Shown here piece after piece: positions 28,084 to 38,775 of a DNA stretch of 64,000 nucleotides. Location: positions 4,749 to 68,748 of the forward strand of contig CASGDA010000009.1 of the NCBI GenBank assembly GCA_949300145.1, in the 5' to 3' direction. A program made the translations under genes and the position numbers. Each line of letters starts with the position of its first letter. Positions within the stretch are counted from its first letter, which is position 1. The DNA comes from an uncultured Treponema sp. (GTDB lineage: Bacteria; Spirochaetota; Spirochaetia; Treponematales; Treponemataceae). The notes below the pieces were generated by a model. It saw only the letters and a list, made by a program, of their open reading frames with translations. It made no database searches and was not told the DNA's origin.

Positions 28084-29566
28084 AACGGGTCAGGAAAACA
28101 CCTCCTGTAGGGTGTTGTTGAATACAAGACAGATTCTCGAAGCCGTTGACGGCGGGGAACTCCTTTTCCACAGTATTTCCGGTACTGCGGAAAAGGGGTT
28201 TTCTTCCGTGACCACGGACAGCAGGAAGGTTTCCGCCGGTTCCCTTTTTGTGCCGCTTATGGGGGAATTCCAGGACGGCCATAAATATGTGGCGGAAGCC
28301 GCAGCCGCCGGCGCTTCCGTTATTTTTGTGGATAAGAGCCATGTTTCTTCCTGCGGCAGGGAATTCCGGGAAATTTCCGGGAACAGGGGAACTGTTTTCG
28401 TCGCCGTCAATAATACCCTTTCCGCCCTCCAGCAGGCCGCCGGTTTTTATGTCTCCCTTTTTCCGGATTTGCTTAAAGTCGCTGTCACCGGCTCAAGCGG
28501 GAAAACAACCGCAAAGGAGATGCTGGCGGCGGTTTTTTCCCGTAAATTCAATACCGTGAAAAATGAGGGGAACCTTAACTCCGAAACGGGGCTGCCTCTT
28601 TCGGTTTTCAATATCCGTCCGGAACATCAGGCCGGCGTTTTTGAATTGGGAATGAACCGCAGGAATGAAATTGCGGAGACAGCCCGGGTCCTTCGTCCTA
28701 AACTCGGTCTGGTTACAAATATCGGTTCCGCCCATATCGGAATTCTCGGAAGCAGGCGGGCGATAGCTGAAGAAAAAAAGAATATTTTTTCTTTTTTTGA
28801 TGATACATGCACCGGTTTTGTTCCGTCCTCGGATGATTTTGCCTCCTTCCTCGCCGACATTCCTTCAGGGAAAGTGTTGTTTTACGGTTATCCCGGGAAA
28901 CCCGGTATAACAGAGGCGGAGGATTTGGGCCTTGAAGGATTCAGGATAAAGTATGAAGGGCTGGACATTTTCCTTCATCTGCCGGGCAGATATAATCTGC
29001 AGAATGCGGCGGGAGTTGTCGCCCTCGCTTCCTATGCCGGGTTTTCGCCCGCCGAAATAAAAGCCGGATTGGAATCGGTCCGTGCCCTGCCTGGACGGAC
29101 TGAAATTCTGGATATATCGGATGACAGGCGCCGCCTGACGGTTATAAAGGACTGTTACAACGCGAATCCGGATTCAATGATTCATGTACTTGATTTCTGC
29201 GCCGGTCTGCCGCGTTCCGGCCGGCTTGTTTTTGTCCTGGGCTCGATGCTTGAATTGGGAAAGGAGTCGGAGTCCGCCCACAGGCAGGCGGTTGAAAAGG
29301 CTTTTTCTGCAGGAGCTGACGCCGTCTTCCTTTTCGGGGAAGAGATGGTTTCCGCCTGGGAGAAAAGCGCGGAGGAAAACGGGCGGAATAAATCCGGAAC
29401 CGCTGTTTTCATTCCGGAGGATATCGGAGAACTTTCGCGGAAATTGTCGGATTTTCTGAAAGACGGGGACACTGTTCTGCTGAAAGCTTCCAGGGGTATG
29501 GCGCTGGAAAGGGTTCTGCCTGCTTTGCGCGGCGGGGAAAATATTCAGGGGGTGCAGGATGTTTAA
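28076..29566 (+). CDS. murF: UDP-N-acetylmuramoyl-tripeptide--D-alanyl-D-alanine ligase
   Basis: VTGSSGKTT P-loop and DCYNANPDSM. Confidence 0.9.
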   Translation: MIRTGQENTSCRVLLNTRQILEAVDGGELLFHSISGTAEKGFSSVTTDSRKVSAGSLFVPLMGEFQDGHKYVAEAAAAGASVIFVDKSHVSSCGREFREISGNRGTVFVAVNNTLSALQQAAGFYVSLFPDLLKVAVTGSSGKTTAKEMLAAVFSRKFNTVKNEGNLNSETGLPLSVFNIRPEHQAGVFELGMNRRNEIAETARVLRPKLGLVTNIGSAHIGILGSRRAIAEEKKNIFSFFDDTCTGFVPSSDDFASFLADIPSGKVLFYGYPGKPGITEAEDLGLEGFRIKYEGLDIFLHLPGRYNLQNAAGVVALASYAGFSPAEIKAGLESVRALPGRTEILDISDDRRRLTVIKDCYNANPDSMIHVLDFCAGLPRSGRLVFVLGSMLELGKESESAHRQAVEKAFSAGADAVFLFGEEMVSAWEKSAEENGRNKSGTAVFIPEDIGELSRKLSDFLKDGDTVLLKASRGMALERVLPALRGGENIQGVQDV

Positions 29567-30704
29567 CGCCGTAATAAACCCTGAAAGAAACGAGAATCCC
29601 GAAAAAATTGACGTGGCTTTTGTTCTCCTTGTCCTCGTGTTCTGCGGGCTGGGATTCATAACGCTTTTTTCCGGCTCCTACGGATATGCCTCAAGGATAT
29701 TTGACGACCCCTTTTATTTCGTTAAACGGCAGGCGGTAAACTTTGTTGCCGGTATCATCGCTATGGTGTTTTTTGCGTCGGTAAACCTGTCGCTTGTCCG
29801 GAGGCTTCTGCCCAAAATCGTTGTGTTTACGATAATCCTGAATATCCTGCCGTTCATACCCGGTATCGGTATAACTAAAAACGGTGCGACCAGATGGATT
29901 TCCGTTGCGTCAATGACCTTCCAGCCTTCGGAGCTGGTGAAACTTGTTGTCGTTCTTTTTCTGGCGAATTTATTCGAGAAAAAGAGTGCACGGCTTGACG
30001 AACCGGGGGTTTCGATTTATCCGGCGGCATTCATGTGTTCCGTTTTTATTTTCCTGATATACCTTCAGAAGAATCTTTCCACGGCCGCCTTTATTTTTGC
30101 CCTGGCCGCCTCCATGTTTTTTATCGCGAACGTGGGGCTTTCCTGGTTCTTTAAATTTTTCCTGATAGTTCTTCCCCTGTTCACCCTGATGGTTTTGACG
30201 GAAGAATACAGGGTCCAGCGGATTCTTTCGTTTTTGAATCCGGAGAAGGATCCCCTCGGCGCCAGCTACCAGGTGAATGCGGCGATAACAGCCCTGTCTG
30301 AGGGCGGTTTCTGGGGCAGAGGGCTTGGAAACGGTGTCAGGAAAATTTCAAGCATCCCTGAGGTGCAGTCGGATTTTATTTTTGCCGTGTGGGGGGAGGA
30401 AATGGGATTCCTGGGCGTCCTTTTTTATTTCGCGCTTTTAATCATCTTTACCCTGAAATCCGCCTTCATAAGTCTGTCTGCGAATACCCGTTTCAAATGT
30501 TTCCTCGGATTGGGGTGCACCTTCATTATATTTTTCCAGTCCCTGATGAATTGTGGCGTAATAGTCCGGTTTTTCCCTTCAACAGGGGTTCCGCTGCCGT
30601 TTTTTTCATCGGGAGGTTCTTCCCTGCTTATAACCCTGTCCGTGTGCGGTTTTATTTTGAATGTTTCGCGTAAAAAAGTAGAAGAGGAATATGATTATGT
30701 CTGA
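29559..30704 (+). CDS. ftsW: FtsW/RodA (SEDS) family protein
   Basis: About 10 TM segments, FQPSELVKL, and a C-terminal SSGGSS motif. It lies in a dcw context. Confidence 0.88.
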   Translation: MFNAVINPERNENPEKIDVAFVLLVLVFCGLGFITLFSGSYGYASRIFDDPFYFVKRQAVNFVAGIIAMVFFASVNLSLVRRLLPKIVVFTIILNILPFIPGIGITKNGATRWISVASMTFQPSELVKLVVVLFLANLFEKKSARLDEPGVSIYPAAFMCSVFIFLIYLQKNLSTAAFIFALAASMFFIANVGLSWFFKFFLIVLPLFTLMVLTEEYRVQRILSFLNPEKDPLGASYQVNAAITALSEGGFWGRGLGNGVRKISSIPEVQSDFIFAVWGEEMGFLGVLFYFALLIIFTLKSAFISLSANTRFKCFLGLGCTFIIFFQSLMNCGVIVRFFPSTGVPLPFFSSGGSSLLITLSVCGFILNVSRKKVEEEYDYV

Positions 30705-31494
30705 GGCTTTTGTATTGGAAAGCGGCCGGAAGCATTCGGTTTTCGGCACTGTTTTGAAAATTTTGTGCATATCCCTTTTGGTTGTACTTTTTTTAGTTGC
30801 GGCCTGCTATTTGTTGATAGCCCCCTCCGCCTCATATATTTCGATTGAGGTTGAAGGCAATGTCCACATAGGGATTGAGGAGCTGACTTCGATTGCAGGA
30901 ATAAAGCCGGGCGAAAAATGGAATGATTTCGAGCCTGCCCGGGCTGAGGCAAGGCTGTCCGCCCATCCTTTGTTTGAAAAGGCCGAGGTCGCTAAAAAAT
31001 TCCCGGACCGGGTTGTTATTTCGGTGACGGAACGTGTCCCTGTGGCTGTTGCAATCGGCAATTACAACGGCCGCTCGGTGCCGGTGGAAATTGACAGAAA
31101 CGGACTGATATTCAGGATAGGCGCTACAGAAGAAACAGGCAGTCTGCCTCTCATAACCGGCTTGAATATGACCAGCCCTGAAGCGGGAAGCTCCCTGAAT
31201 TCCCAGCTGCAGCCTCTTTTACATCAGCTGGAGATTCTTGAAAAGGAAAATCCCAGGCTTCTTTCGTCTATATCCGAAATAAAAATAGAGCCGAAAACCT
31301 ACGGGAGCTATGATTTGGTTTTATATCCGGTGCATACTCCTGTCCCTGTTCGTACTGACAAGGCATTGAATGAAGACGCTTTACAGTATATGATGTTGGT
31401 GCTGGATGTTGTTAAAGATCTTGACATTGACGTAAAGGAACTGGATATCCGGGCCGGAACTGTGGCATACACGTTGAATGATAAATCCGCGTGA
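30691..31494 (+). CDS. ftsQ: cell division protein FtsQ
   Basis: N-terminal TM segment and a POTRA-like ISIEVEGNVHIGIEEL. It lies between ftsW and ftsA. Confidence 0.75.
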   Translation: MIMSEAFVLESGRKHSVFGTVLKILCISLLVVLFLVAACYLLIAPSASYISIEVEGNVHIGIEELTSIAGIKPGEKWNDFEPARAEARLSAHPLFEKAEVAKKFPDRVVISVTERVPVAVAIGNYNGRSVPVEIDRNGLIFRIGATEETGSLPLITGLNMTSPEAGSSLNSQLQPLLHQLEILEKENPRLLSSISEIKIEPKTYGSYDLVLYPVHTPVPVRTDKALNEDALQYMMLVLDVVKDLDIDVKELDIRAGTVAYTLNDKSA

Positions 31495-32762
31495 TTCATG
31501 CGTTTTTTAAGGAAGGAAGAACTTTGAGTAATTTTATAGCTGGTATTGACATAGGAACAAGCAAAATCCGTGCGGTTATAGGCGAAGTGACGGATGAAGG
31601 CGTTTTCCAGATTACCGGTGTAGGTACGAGTCCTTCCACGGGACTTCGGAAGGGGAATGTGGTTAATATCGAAGCCACTGTCCGGGCGGTATCCCAGGCG
31701 GTGGAAGCCGCTGAAATGATGTCCGGTGTTGAAATCCAGCATTGTACAATCGGAGTCGGCGGCGCCCATATTGAAGCCCTTAATTCCAGGGGCAGTGTGG
31801 CTCTTCCGCAGAAAAAAGAGAATTACGAAATCCAGCAGGAGGATATCGCCAGGGTGATAGACGTCGCCCGCGCATGCCGCTTCCCGCTGGACAGACAGGT
31901 TATTCATGTTATCCCCCGTTCTTATATCGTGGACGGTGAAGAGGGTATAAAGGATCCGAGAAACCGCATAGGAGTCCGTCTTGAGGCGGAGGTTCATATA
32001 ATTACAGGTTCTGTCACTTCAGTCCAGACTGTTTTGAAATGCGTAAACAGGGCCGGTCTTTTTGTTGATGAGTATATGCTGAATAGCCTCGCTTCTGTAA
32101 AGTCCATAATGACTGAAGACGAGAAGGAGCTTGGATCCGTCCTGATTGATATAGGGGCCGGTACAACCGATATCATTGTGATGAGCGGCGGCGCTCCGGT
32201 GTTGACGGCGGTACTTCCTGTAGGCGGGGAACATGTAACCAATGATATTTCAATTGTGGAAGGCCTTTCCGTTGAAATGTCGGAAAAGATAAAATGCGAG
32301 GCTGGTTATTGCTGGGCTCCTTTGATCGAAGAGGATTCCGATATTATTCTTCCGGGCATAGGAGGAAGACCTCCCGTGAAGATTCCCAAAACAACTATTT
32401 GTTCGGTGATTCAACCCCGCATGGAGGAAATATTTTCCATGGTCAAGGAAAAAATAGCTCCTGTGACAGAGGTTTGTTCTTTAAGCGGCAATTTTGTGCT
32501 TACCGGCGGCGGTGCCAATCTGGCGGGTGTCGTGGAACTTGCCTGTGATGTTTTCGGAACCCAGAATGTCCGCATAGGATTTCCCGGTACATTCGGCGGA
32601 GTTGTAGGGGAATACAGAAGCCCTGAATATTCATCCGTAATCGGACTGGTTTTGAATGCCTATGAAAGGTTTGTCCGCGCGCAGCCGGAAACTTTTGCGA
32701 AGGATGCTCCTTCCGGTTCTGTTCTTACGTTGGTGAAAAACTGGTTTAAAGAATTTTTTTGA
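31491..32762 (+). CDS. ftsA: cell division protein FtsA
   Basis: IAGIDIGTSKIR and IDIGAGTTD actin-fold motifs. A TTG at 31524 after AAGGAAGGAAG may be the true start. Confidence 0.93.
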   Translation: MIHAFFKEGRTLSNFIAGIDIGTSKIRAVIGEVTDEGVFQITGVGTSPSTGLRKGNVVNIEATVRAVSQAVEAAEMMSGVEIQHCTIGVGGAHIEALNSRGSVALPQKKENYEIQQEDIARVIDVARACRFPLDRQVIHVIPRSYIVDGEEGIKDPRNRIGVRLEAEVHIITGSVTSVQTVLKCVNRAGLFVDEYMLNSLASVKSIMTEDEKELGSVLIDIGAGTTDIIVMSGGAPVLTAVLPVGGEHVTNDISIVEGLSVEMSEKIKCEAGYCWAPLIEEDSDIILPGIGGRPPVKIPKTTICSVIQPRMEEIFSMVKEKIAPVTEVCSLSGNFVLTGGGANLAGVVELACDVFGTQNVRIGFPGTFGGVVGEYRSPEYSSVIGLVLNAYERFVRAQPETFAKDAPSGSVLTLVKNWFKEFF

Positions 32763-32804
32763 AACTATATAGATTATCGCATTTTCCAGGGTGGGAGGAA
32801 AATT

Positions 32805-34019
32805 ATGAATTTTGAAATTATGGATCAGAGGGAAATAACCCCTACTGTTATCAAGGTCGTGGGAGCCGGCGGCGGAGGTTCCAATGCTGTCAACAGGATG
32901 ATAGCCTGTGGTGTGGAGAGCGTTGAATTTATAGCCATAAACACTGATGTCCAGGCTTTGAATTACTCGCGGGCTCCTGTTAAGCTGGCTATAGGTTCAA
33001 AGCTTACCGGAGGCCGTGGTGCAGGAGGTGTCCCTGATATCGGTGAAAAGGCCGCTGTGGAAGATACAGAAGCCATTTCAAATGCCCTGCGCGGCGCCCA
33101 TATGGTTTTTTTAACCGCCGGTATGGGAGGCGGAACCGGTACAGGCTCTATTCCTATTATAGCCAAGATTGCCAAAGACCAGGGCGCATTGACGGTTGCC
33201 GTTGTTACAACCCCTTTCGGTTTTGAAGGCAGACAGAAAATGCTTCAAGCCCAGGCCGGTATCGAAAAGCTTGCAAAAGAGGTTGATTCCCTTATTGTCA
33301 TCCCGAACCAGCGTCTGGCGAAGCTCACGGACAAGCGTACCACGCTGCGGGAATCTTTTGCAAAGGCGGATGAAGTTTTGCGCCAGGCTGTGCAGGGTAT
33401 CTCCGATTTGATAACCTGCCCCGGGGACGTTAACATAGATTTCGCCGATGTAAAGACGGCTATGTCCGGCAAGGGAACGGCTGTTATGGGTGTCGGTGTC
33501 GGTGAGGGCGATAACCGTGCTGTGGATGCCGCCACCGGTGCCATCAATAATCCCCTCCTTGAAGATTCCCATATTGAAGGTGCGACCCATGTCCTTATAA
33601 ATATAACCGGCAGTGATGATCTGAAGCTTTCCGAAGTAGAGGAAATCGCAAACATTGTTACGGGAAGCGCGGACCGCGGAGCTTTCGTCTGTTTCGGTAC
33701 ATCATTAAATCCTGAAGCCGGAGATAGAATCAGCGTCACTGTTGTTGCAACCGGTTTCCCCGCTGACAGAGATCCCGTATCCGGACAGGGAATGTCGGAA
33801 GGGGTGTGTGAAAAGAAACAGACGGACAGCGGAAGTTTTATGTCCGGTGAGGAGTGGCGGCAGGCTTTTGAGAAATCCGGAAAGTCGAATCTTGGGCTGG
33901 GGCCGAGAAACGGACCGGTTCAACCCTCTTTTTCTTCTTCGGCCTCATCTTCTTCCGTCAAGGAAGATGATTTGGATACCCCGACCATTTACCGGAACCA
34001 GCAGAAGGTTTCAAACTGA
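32805..34019 (+). CDS. ftsZ: cell division protein FtsZ
   Basis: [10 protein letters not shown] and GMGGGTGTG tubulin signature. Confidence 0.97.
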   Translation: MNFEIMDQREITPTVIKVVGAGGGGSNAVNRMIACGVESVEFIAINTDVQALNYSRAPVKLAIGSKLTGGRGAGGVPDIGEKAAVEDTEAISNALRGAHMVFLTAGMGGGTGTGSIPIIAKIAKDQGALTVAVVTTPFGFEGRQKMLQAQAGIEKLAKEVDSLIVIPNQRLAKLTDKRTTLRESFAKADEVLRQAVQGISDLITCPGDVNIDFADVKTAMSGKGTAVMGVGVGEGDNRAVDAATGAINNPLLEDSHIEGATHVLINITGSDDLKLSEVEEIANIVTGSADRGAFVCFGTSLNPEAGDRISVTVVATGFPADRDPVSGQGMSEGVCEKKQTDSGSFMSGEEWRQAFEKSGKSNLGLGPRNGPVQPSFSSSASSSSVKEDDLDTPTIYRNQQKVSN

Positions 34020-34063
34020 AGCAGGACAGCCGCTCTGTAATCAGACAGTTTTATGCCTGGCTT

Positions 34064-34933
34064 TTGTCCGGTGAAGGGATGGCGAAGGAAAGCGCTTTAA
34101 CCTATGTGTTCAGCGTGGGTTTGTTTTTGGACTGGCTGAAGGAAAAATCCCTGTCTCCGGGAAATGTGACTTGCGCCGGTTGCGTGGAATTTTTGTCGGA
34201 ACGTATCCGTTCAGGAATTACAGGCCGGACGGCCGCAAAAGATGTGGCGGCGCTCCGGGCTTTTTTCAGGTTTCTTTCTGTAACCGGAGTCCGGCGCGAC
34301 AACCCTGTTTCCCTTCTGGAAAGTCCCTCCCGGGGTTCGCGGCTGCCAAGGGTTCTGTCAAAGGAGCAGGTTGAAACAATCCTCGGGACAATCAAGACTG
34401 ATACCCCGGAGGGTGTGAGAGACCGGGCTTTGTTTGAGGTTATTTATTCCTGCGGACTGCGTATAAGCGAAGCGGTTTCTCTTTCCGTAAATGATGTTCG
34501 GTTCAATGAAAAAATAGTGCTTGTGTGCGGCAAGGGAGGCAGGGAACGGATGGTTCCGTTCGGTCCATATTCCGATTATTGGCTGAAATATTATCTGAAG
34601 GAAGCCCGACCGAAACTTTCGTCAAACATTTCCGGCAACGCATTGTTTTTGGGAAAAAAGGGAAAGCCGCTGACACGGAAAACCGCCTGGGATCGTTTCC
34701 ATGCTTTGACCCTTCAGTCTGGAATTCCCGCTAAAATCCATACCCTCAGGCACTCTTTCGCCACCCATCTTTTGGCCGGCGGAGCCGATTTGCGTTCTGT
34801 TCAGGAACTGCTCGGCCATGCCGATATTTCTACTACCCAGATATATACTCACATAGAGAATTCCGCCCTTCAAATGTATCATTCTGAATTTTTTGACGGC
34901 GACAAAGGGCAGGAAGATGATTTCCGCGGATAA
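34064..34933 (+). CDS. xerD: tyrosine recombinase XerD
   Basis: RISEAVSL, HTLRHSFATHLL and LGHADISTTQIYTH (R..HxxR..Y catalytic set). Confidence 0.85.
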   Translation: MSGEGMAKESALTYVFSVGLFLDWLKEKSLSPGNVTCAGCVEFLSERIRSGITGRTAAKDVAALRAFFRFLSVTGVRRDNPVSLLESPSRGSRLPRVLSKEQVETILGTIKTDTPEGVRDRALFEVIYSCGLRISEAVSLSVNDVRFNEKIVLVCGKGGRERMVPFGPYSDYWLKYYLKEARPKLSSNISGNALFLGKKGKPLTRKTAWDRFHALTLQSGIPAKIHTLRHSFATHLLAGGADLRSVQELLGHADISTTQIYTHIENSALQMYHSEFFDGDKGQEDDFRG

Positions 34934-34954
34934 TATTCAGCGAGGAGGTTATAA

Positions 34955-35710
34955 ATGACTGACCGAATTTTTACACGGAATACTGCAGCGGTTCTTTTGC
35001 TCTCTATTTCAGCCGCTTTTTTTGTTTGTGTTTCCTGCGGTCCCGGAACAGCCCAAATACGGCGTCTTCAGCAGCTTGAGGAAGGTGTGTCAAATCCGAC
35101 TACTATCGAGGAATTGGAGGAGGCTGTCTCCAAATACCAGGCAAGGGTGGATGATATTATCACTGCGGAAGCCAGGGTGGGTTCCTGGTACAAAATACTG
35201 GGGACAAGATATTTTGATAAAAAGATGTACGGGAAGGCCCTCGAGAATTTCCAGGCGGCCATAGAATATTATCCCGTCAACCAGAATTTGTTTTGCTATG
35301 TCGGAATGTGCGCGGGCTATATGTCAAAGGCTGCCCTTGATTATTCCGCCTCCGGGACGAACTCCATGAGGGAGAATTATCTGAATCTTGCGGAATCAGC
35401 CTATCTGCGCGCAATTGAGCTTGAGCCCCGTTATGTAAGGGCTCTTTACGGGCTGTCCATCATCTATGTTTTTGAAAAGAATGAGCCTGAAAAAGCCATT
35501 CCTTATCTCGAACTTGTGAATGAAATAGAGAAACGTAACTTCAGCGCTTTAATCGTTCTGGCCAGGGCGTATTATTCGGTCGGGGAAAGCGACAAAGCGG
35601 TGGAAATTTATGACAGGATTATCAGCGAAGCGAAGGATGAGGAAACCCTGGAGGCCGCGAAAGCCAATAAAGCCATAGTGCTTCAAGAGGCTTACAATGG
35701 CGCCGGTTGA
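34955..35710 (+). CDS. TPR-repeat protein, probable lipoprotein or secreted
   Basis: The N-terminal hydrophobic segment ends in FVCVSCG. It is followed by TPR-like helical repeats (YGKALENFQAAIEYYP, AESAYLRAIELEPRY). Confidence 0.7.
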   Translation: MTDRIFTRNTAAVLLLSISAAFFVCVSCGPGTAQIRRLQQLEEGVSNPTTIEELEEAVSKYQARVDDIITAEARVGSWYKILGTRYFDKKMYGKALENFQAAIEYYPVNQNLFCYVGMCAGYMSKAALDYSASGTNSMRENYLNLAESAYLRAIELEPRYVRALYGLSIIYVFEKNEPEKAIPYLELVNEIEKRNFSALIVLARAYYSVGESDKAVEIYDRIISEAKDEETLEAAKANKAIVLQEAYNGAG

Positions 35711-36584
35711 AATTCTGCTTTTGCTTGCGGATTTTCCAGGACTGACAGAGGCTGAAAAGTTATTTTTATCTGAAAAACTTGACAATATAGAAGACCTTGC
35801 TGTACTTTCTTCTATAGAGGGACTGGTATCTTTGACAGGGCGTCTGCCGAAAAAAAAGCCGCCGGAACGGTCTGTTCTGGAGGGTTTGATTGAAAGCAGG
35901 CTGAAAGGGATGAGGCGTTCCGGGATACAGTTCGTCCATTTTTTTTCGGATGGCTATCCTCCTCTTTTACGGGAAATATACGATCCTCCCAGCGGTCTTT
36001 TTTACCGGGGGTGTCTTCCCGGAACAGAAAAACCACTTGTTTCGGTTGTAGGAACCCGTTCTCCTTCCGGGGACGGGGTTTCAGCAGCTTTTTCCCTTTC
36101 GGAAGATTTGGGCAGACACGGTGTTTCCGTGGTTTCCGGTCTGGCTTTTGGAATCGACGCCTTCGCCCACCGGGGGAATATTTCCGGAGGAGGACTTTCC
36201 GTTGCTGTGCTGGCCTGCGGGGTTGACATCCTTTATCCCAGGGGAAATTCCTGTCTCGCGGGAAAAATTCTTGAGACCGGCGGCTGCATTTTAAGTGAAT
36301 ATCCGCCCGGGGTTCCTCCGTTGAAATACCGGTTCCCCCGCAGGAACAGGATTATTTCCGGGATGTCCCGTTCTGTGGTTGTGGTGGAAGCCCCGGAAAA
36401 ATCCGGTGCGCTTATTACGGCGGATTTTGCTTTGGAACAGGGAAGGGATACCTTTGTTCATTCAGAAACGCTGGATTCAAGAAGGAATCCTGGCGGCAGG
36501 TTTCTTCATGAGCAGGGGGCAGCCGCGGTTTCCTCCGCTTTTGATGTTTTTTCCGCCTGGGGTTGTGCCGGTGGCTTTGATTAA
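35697..36584 (+). CDS. dprA: DNA-processing protein DprA (Smf)
   Basis: VVGTRSPS, GLAFGIDAFAHRG and SGALITADFALEQGRD motifs. Confidence 0.88.
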   Translation: MAPVEILLLLADFPGLTEAEKLFLSEKLDNIEDLAVLSSIEGLVSLTGRLPKKKPPERSVLEGLIESRLKGMRRSGIQFVHFFSDGYPPLLREIYDPPSGLFYRGCLPGTEKPLVSVVGTRSPSGDGVSAAFSLSEDLGRHGVSVVSGLAFGIDAFAHRGNISGGGLSVAVLACGVDILYPRGNSCLAGKILETGGCILSEYPPGVPPLKYRFPRRNRIISGMSRSVVVVEAPEKSGALITADFALEQGRDTFVHSETLDSRRNPGGRFLHEQGAAAVSSAFDVFSAWGCAGGFD

Positions 36585-36621
36585 AAATATGTATTGTATG
36601 TAGAAATTATAGGAGATTGTG

Positions 36622-38775
36622 ATGGCTGAAAAAGCTGCGAAGAAAACCGGGCGTAAAAAACAGAAAATTCCGCAGACGTTGGTTATTGTGGAGTCACCTG
36701 CAAAAGCAAAAACAATTGAGAAATATCTCGGCCCCGGATATATGGTGAAAGCCTCCATGGGTCATTTGATTGATCTGCCGAAATCAAGAATGGCGATTGA
36801 TGTGGATAATAATTTTCAGCCTGAATATATAACAGTACGGGGTCGCGCAAAGCTTTTGAAGGAGCTTCAGTCCGACGCCAAAAAGTCGGGACAGGTTCTG
36901 CTGGCAAGTGATAATGACCGGGAAGGGGAGGCCATTGCCTGGCACTTACGGCGCGCAATTCTTTCAAAATATGATGTTCCGATACAACGGATTGTTTTTA
37001 ACGAGATAACACCCAATGCAATCCGTGAAGCCGTGAAACATCCTATGGAAATTGACGAATCCAAAGTTAACTCCCAAAAGGCGAGGCGTGTCCTTGACAG
37101 GCTTGTAGGTTATAATCTTTCCCCGTTGCTTTGGAAAAAAGTTAAGAACGGTCTTTCCGCCGGACGTGTCCAGTCTGTGGCCCTGCGCCTCATATGCGAG
37201 AGGGAAGTTGAGGTCGAGAATTTTATTCCCGAAGAATACTGGACTTTGGAAGCTGATTTCAAAAAGGGAAGGACCCAGTTTACGGCCCAGCTCGTTCTTT
37301 TTGACGGAAAAAAACCGGAAATGAAAAATGAGGAGACGGTCCGGTCCGTCATTGAAAAAATCCGGGACGGAAAGTTTGTCGTCTCTGATTTAAAGACTTT
37401 GGAAAAAACAATCAAACCGAAACCGCCTTTTACAACCTCCAAACTCCAGCAGGCTGCCGCGAACAGGCTTAATTTTACTTCAAGAAAAACAATGCAAATC
37501 GCCCAGCAGCTTTATGAAGGTGTCAATATCGGGAGCGACAGGGTCGGTTTGATAACTTATATGCGTACTGACTCCGTCCGTATTTCTCCTGTGGCACTGG
37601 AAGAGGTCCGCGGATTTATTTCAAAGAATTATCCGGGTGAATTGCCTGATTCCCCTGTGATTTATTCGGTGGAAAAAAAGGCGCAGGACGCCCATGAGGC
37701 TATAAGGCCCACCTATGTGTCCTATACCCCCGATTCAATCAAGGAATATCTTACAAAGGAACAGTTGAAGCTTTATACGATAATCTGGGAGCGCTTTGTT
37801 TCGAGCCAGATGAAGAATGCAAAAACCAGGACTTCCACTTTTGAAATTTCTTCCGGCAGCGCTGTTTTCCGGGTTAATTCCACCCGTATTTTTGAAAAGG
37901 GTTTTTACCGCGCGATGAAGCTTTTGGTTTCCCGGGAAGAAAAGGAAAAAGCCCTGCCTGAAATGAAAATCGGTGAAGAACTTTCGGCGGTGGATTTTCA
38001 TTCCGAGCAGCATTTCACCCAGGGGCCGGCAAGATATACGGACGCTTCAATCGTAAGGATGCTGGAGGAAAAGGGTATAGGCCGTCCTTCCACTTACGCT
38101 CCGATTATTTCCGTTTTGATTGACAGGTATTATGTTTCCAGGTCAAACAGGCAGCTTGTGCCCACGCAGCTGGGACGAATGATAAATGAGATTCTCGTCC
38201 AGTATTTCCCTGACATAATAGACGTTAATTTTACGGCTTCTGTTGAAAATGAACTGGATCAGGTGGAAGAGAATAAAGTGTCCTGGCCGGAAATGATAGG
38301 CGGGTTTTTCTTCCCCTTCAAAAAACAGGTTGATGTGGTGATGGAACAGCTCGGCAGTAAAAAAGGCTCCCTTGACGAGCCCACCGATTATGTCTGCGAG
38401 CTTTGCGGAAAACCGATGCTGAAAAAACTGGGAAGATTCGGCTTCTTCCTTGCCTGTTCAGGTTTTCCTGAATGCCGGAATACACGTTCCATTCCCCTGG
38501 CTAAATGCCCCAGACCCGGATGTGACGGTGAAATTGTCGCCCGGAAAATAAAGGGCCGGTCAAAGGAATTCTACGGATGCACCAATTATCCTGAGTGTGA
38601 TTTTATAAGCCATTTTAAACCGATAAACGCTTATTGTCCCAAGTGCGGGCAGTTCCTTGTTGAAAAATATGACAAGAAAAACGGCTTTTTCAAATCCTGT
38701 ATAAATCCTGACTGCGATTACCTTCATACCCAGGACGATGAGGTTTTTGCCGCGGCTGACCGGAAGGAAGAATGA
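36622..38775 (+). CDS. topA: DNA topoisomerase I
   Basis: TOPRIM LVIVESPAKAKTIEKYLG, active-site region GLITYMRTDS, and C-terminal CxxC zinc ribbons. The ATG sits 6 nt after AGGAG. Confidence 0.96.
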   Translation: MAEKAAKKTGRKKQKIPQTLVIVESPAKAKTIEKYLGPGYMVKASMGHLIDLPKSRMAIDVDNNFQPEYITVRGRAKLLKELQSDAKKSGQVLLASDNDREGEAIAWHLRRAILSKYDVPIQRIVFNEITPNAIREAVKHPMEIDESKVNSQKARRVLDRLVGYNLSPLLWKKVKNGLSAGRVQSVALRLICEREVEVENFIPEEYWTLEADFKKGRTQFTAQLVLFDGKKPEMKNEETVRSVIEKIRDGKFVVSDLKTLEKTIKPKPPFTTSKLQQAAANRLNFTSRKTMQIAQQLYEGVNIGSDRVGLITYMRTDSVRISPVALEEVRGFISKNYPGELPDSPVIYSVEKKAQDAHEAIRPTYVSYTPDSIKEYLTKEQLKLYTIIWERFVSSQMKNAKTRTSTFEISSGSAVFRVNSTRIFEKGFYRAMKLLVSREEKEKALPEMKIGEELSAVDFHSEQHFTQGPARYTDASIVRMLEEKGIGRPSTYAPIISVLIDRYYVSRSNRQLVPTQLGRMINEILVQYFPDIIDVNFTASVENELDQVEENKVSWPEMIGGFFFPFKKQVDVVMEQLGSKKGSLDEPTDYVCELCGKPMLKKLGRFGFFLACSGFPECRNTRSIPLAKCPRPGCDGEIVARKIKGRSKEFYGCTNYPECDFISHFKPINAYCPKCGQFLVEKYDKKNGFFKSCINPDCDYLHTQDDEVFAAADRKEE

